From the NCBI GenBank assembly GCA_044359815.1, contig JBIKLL010000028.1, positions 1-28,866 of the forward strand: a stretch of 28,866 nt of DNA. Direction: 5' to 3'. Both the position numbers and the translations under genes were made by a program. The first letter of the stretch is position 1; the number at the start of each line of letters is the position of its first letter. Source of the stretch: Pseudobdellovibrionaceae bacterium. GTDB lineage: Bacteria; Bdellovibrionota; Bdellovibrionia; Bdellovibrionales; Bdellovibrionaceae. This document shows, piece by piece, positions 26,463-28,866 of the stretch. The notes under the pieces were generated by a model. That model had not been told where the DNA came from. It did no database searches and saw only the letters and a program-made list of their open reading frames with translations.

Positions 26463-27533
26463 ATGAGTATTCAAAAACAACTGAGGCGCAAAGATCGGAT
26501 CCAGGTTTTGACGGTCTCGCTTATCATCGGGGTCACGAGTGCGTTATTAGTATTTTTTATTGATTTTGGTTATCCACTTTCAGCGAATGAGCGACTGACA
26601 AGTGGATTTATCATGGGAACTTTTATCTCACTGATTTACCTCACGATCTCGATAGAGATTTTGCGAAAAAGAAAGTTCCGTCGGATTCGATATCCTTACT
26701 TTGTTATTTTATCTTTTTTATCACTCATGATGTCCACGCTGTTTGTCCACGCAATCGTTGGAGTTATTTCTTTTCGGGATTACCTTTTTGATCAGCGCAG
26801 CCTGATGATCACGATTTTGATGTCCATTGGTTTTGCAACCTTAGTGACGCTGATCGATACCATAAGACAATTTAGTGGAAAGTCGGTCATCCGTAATGTT
26901 CTTCTGGGCAGATACTATCATGCCAAGCAAGAAGATCTGGTTTTTTTATTCATCGATCTCAAGTCTTCTACTCCTTTGGCAGAGAAGTTGGGCTCAGAAA
27001 CTTTTTTTAAATTGCTAAATGAATTTCACTCAACCGTAGAAGATTGTGCTAGGTTCTGGGGAGGCACCATCTACAAGTACTTAGGCGATGGTCAAATTGT
27101 TATTTGGCCCAGCAACCAAGCGGATCATTCATTTCAGATGATTTTAAGCCTCAGAAATGAGTTTCAGGAATTACAGGGTCGTGCAGTGGGTGAATATCAA
27201 TATTTGAAGTCATTCACGGCAGGCTTGCACCGGGGACCAACTTTGGTTGGCGAAATCGGTAACGAGCGAAGAGAGATCGGATATTGGGGAGACACTGTGA
27301 ACACGGCGCAAAGAATTCAGTCTGCGTGCAAGGAGCACGATACTGAAATTCTCATGAGCGAGGAATTTTTTAAAATTCTCAGCCCATCGATTCAGAGACT
27401 TGTCCCTAGCGAGAGAATTTTGGGGGTAAATCTTCGAGGCAAAACCACGCCGATCAATCTTTATAAAATCGATATACTTAACTCTCCAACAGCAGTGAAC
27501 ACATTTCTAAATCGCAAAGCTGAGGCCGAATAA
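26463..27533 (+). CDS. Membrane-anchored class III adenylate/guanylate cyclase
   Basis: Four TM helices; FLFIDLKSST, YKYLGDG, GLHRG, GDTVNTAQRIQ. Confidence 0.92.
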   Translation: MSIQKQLRRKDRIQVLTVSLIIGVTSALLVFFIDFGYPLSANERLTSGFIMGTFISLIYLTISIEILRKRKFRRIRYPYFVILSFLSLMMSTLFVHAIVGVISFRDYLFDQRSLMITILMSIGFATLVTLIDTIRQFSGKSVIRNVLLGRYYHAKQEDLVFLFIDLKSSTPLAEKLGSETFFKLLNEFHSTVEDCARFWGGTIYKYLGDGQIVIWPSNQADHSFQMILSLRNEFQELQGRAVGEYQYLKSFTAGLHRGPTLVGEIGNERREIGYWGDTVNTAQRIQSACKEHDTEILMSEEFFKILSPSIQRLVPSERILGVNLRGKTTPINLYKIDILNSPTAVNTFLNRKAEAE

Positions 27534-28064
27534 AAAATCAATAAACGTCGCGGAGGCTCCGGAAGGCCCTTTCAGTAATTGATAACGGAAGGTGCCCCTG
27601 AAATCGAGATTCTCTGTCCAAGAGTACTCAGTTCCAAAGCCAAACGAAAGTCCGGCGTAGGAAGAGTCTGAACTCTAAAATTGTCTTTGATTGAATGACA
27701 CGTTGATCAGTGGGCGCCAAATGTCTTTTACAAAGAGATATGTTCTTTCAGTTTTCAAAATTGTCGCTCCGGAGTAGGAAATGGGATAGTAAGTAAAGCC
27801 CAGATCTGGACCAAATCCCATATCACCAGTGATGATGCCTGAAAAAAACAGACTGTAGCCCACCGAGAAATCCAATTTATCAAAAAATCCATAATGGTAG
27901 GTGGCCGAATACGAACCAAGGCCCGACACTCGGCCCTCTCCCTGGGGGGATTTGGCGCTAAGGGAGTACCCACCAAACGACATATCCAGTTTGCCCACGC
28001 CTAAAGCAGGAGTGGTTCCAAAAAAAACCAGAGCCGTCAGCAAGAGCCCTAGGAGATGTTTCAC
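27507..28064 (-). pseudogene. Outer-membrane beta-barrel-like protein interrupted by an in-frame TAG at 27675-27677
   Basis: Signal peptide and amphipathic strands; after the TAG the frame continues SSDSSYAGLSFGFGTEYSWTENLDFRGTFRYQLLKGPSGASATFIDFLFGLSFAI* to 27507. Confidence 0.75.
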
Positions 28065-28201
28065 GGCTCTGATCCGCCACCGAAAGAACTGGATCGGCCA
28101 CCCATGATGTCTTCGATTTGTTTAATCATTCGCTGTGTCTTGGCGTTTTCAGGTGCGAGAGATCGCGATTTTTTGTAGGCGGTGAGAGACTTATCAAATT
28201 C
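28061..28201 (-). pseudogene. C-terminal fragment of a TPR-like protein
   Basis: EFDKSLTAYKKSRSLAPENAKTQRMIKQIE...GSEP*; its TGA overlaps the downstream GTG (GTGA); an in-frame stop sits immediately upstream and there is no start codon. Confidence 0.55.
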
Positions 28202-28209
28202 TCACCGTC

Positions 28210-28536
28210 GTGTCAGCCCGTGAAATGAAGGCGCGCACTTCCCAGCAGTCAGTCACAATCTCTGGAGTAGGCAGCGTCCTAACTTCTGGCAATGTAACTG
28301 TTAGCAACCCTGCTGGAATCAGTTTGAGCTCTGACGTGGATTGGGACAACGATGCACTTCAAAGATTCACCATGATGCCCGGAAGTGGGAACACGCTGAT
28401 GAACGGAAAGCGTTTAGACATTCGATCGCCTGCGCTGAACGGTGGGCGCATTATCAAGGGTGGCGGGGCACTTTACGTGAACGGAGCGCTGGTCAACACG
28501 ACTGGCGCCATGTATGGTGGATTTGTTGATCCTTAA
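28210..28536 (+). pseudogene. Probable C-terminal fragment of a Gly/Ser/Asn-rich surface protein
   Basis: Adhesin-like composition, no RBS or signal peptide, begins back-to-back with the TPR fragment. Confidence 0.45.
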
Positions 28537-28799
28537 GCTGAGCCCCCAGCGTGTGTGTGAATCACGAAATTCCCCAGACGCAGTCGTCACTTAGACGCAT
28601 CCGTGATTGATCGATCGATTTTTTAGACTCTTTTTGGAGCCAGATGTACCGATAAGGCGGCATGCGAAAGCGAAAAAGAGTCATTTTCTTTCGGGACCAC
28701 ACTCTAGGCGATGGCACCCCCGCAAAAGCACGACAAAAAAAACAGTCGCAGTCCGAGCAGAGGGTCGACACTGACCCACAGGACTCCAAATACACTGGC

Positions 28800-28866
28800 C
28801 TAAAAGGCTTTTATGAGCGCAGCTTTCGCAGATTCAAAACCTTGGGCTACCTCTGCACGATTGCTC
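28800..28866 (-). CDS. Possible 3' end of a gene entering from the right edge
   Basis: ...SNRAEVAQGFESAKAALIKAF* (TAG 28802-28800); too short to be sure. Confidence 0.3.
   Translation of the reverse strand, partial: SNRAEVAQGFESAKAALIKAF

Noticed and set aside
28562..28795. 77-aa Cys-rich minus-strand ORF
   Set aside because: No RBS and no recognisable motif; not supportable

Overview
Bacterial chromosomal window. The gene repertoire (many short signal-peptide hypotheticals, a helical-N-terminus HNH protein, an MltB-like enzyme, a large lipoprotein) suggests a Bdellovibrionota-like predator; this is inference. The left ~19 kb is mostly intact: a secreted protein cut by the window edge, ABC-F ATPase, HNH endonuclease, hflX, DMT/DUF486-selO, a GT-C/GT2/acyltransferase-3 surface-modification trio, a YHS/TRASH protein, mltB and a truC-DTW tRNA-modification pair. 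The right ~9.5 kb is a decaying accessory region: an ABC exporter with two in-frame deletions, a small protein plus Fic gene, an IS91/ISCR remnant whose ori end truncates a GT2 gene, a lipoprotein, a SOUL-cyclase pair, an amber-interrupted beta-barrel gene and back-to-back gene fragments. The best candidate for an undescribed system is the HNH locus (4112-5644). A 17-bp palindrome, ACTGCCAC-N-GTGGCAGT, occurs once inside the gene just before the HNH domain and twice upstream of it, next to a 17-bp-unit tandem array with 51-bp higher-order periodicity. No rRNA, tRNA or CRISPR array was seen.
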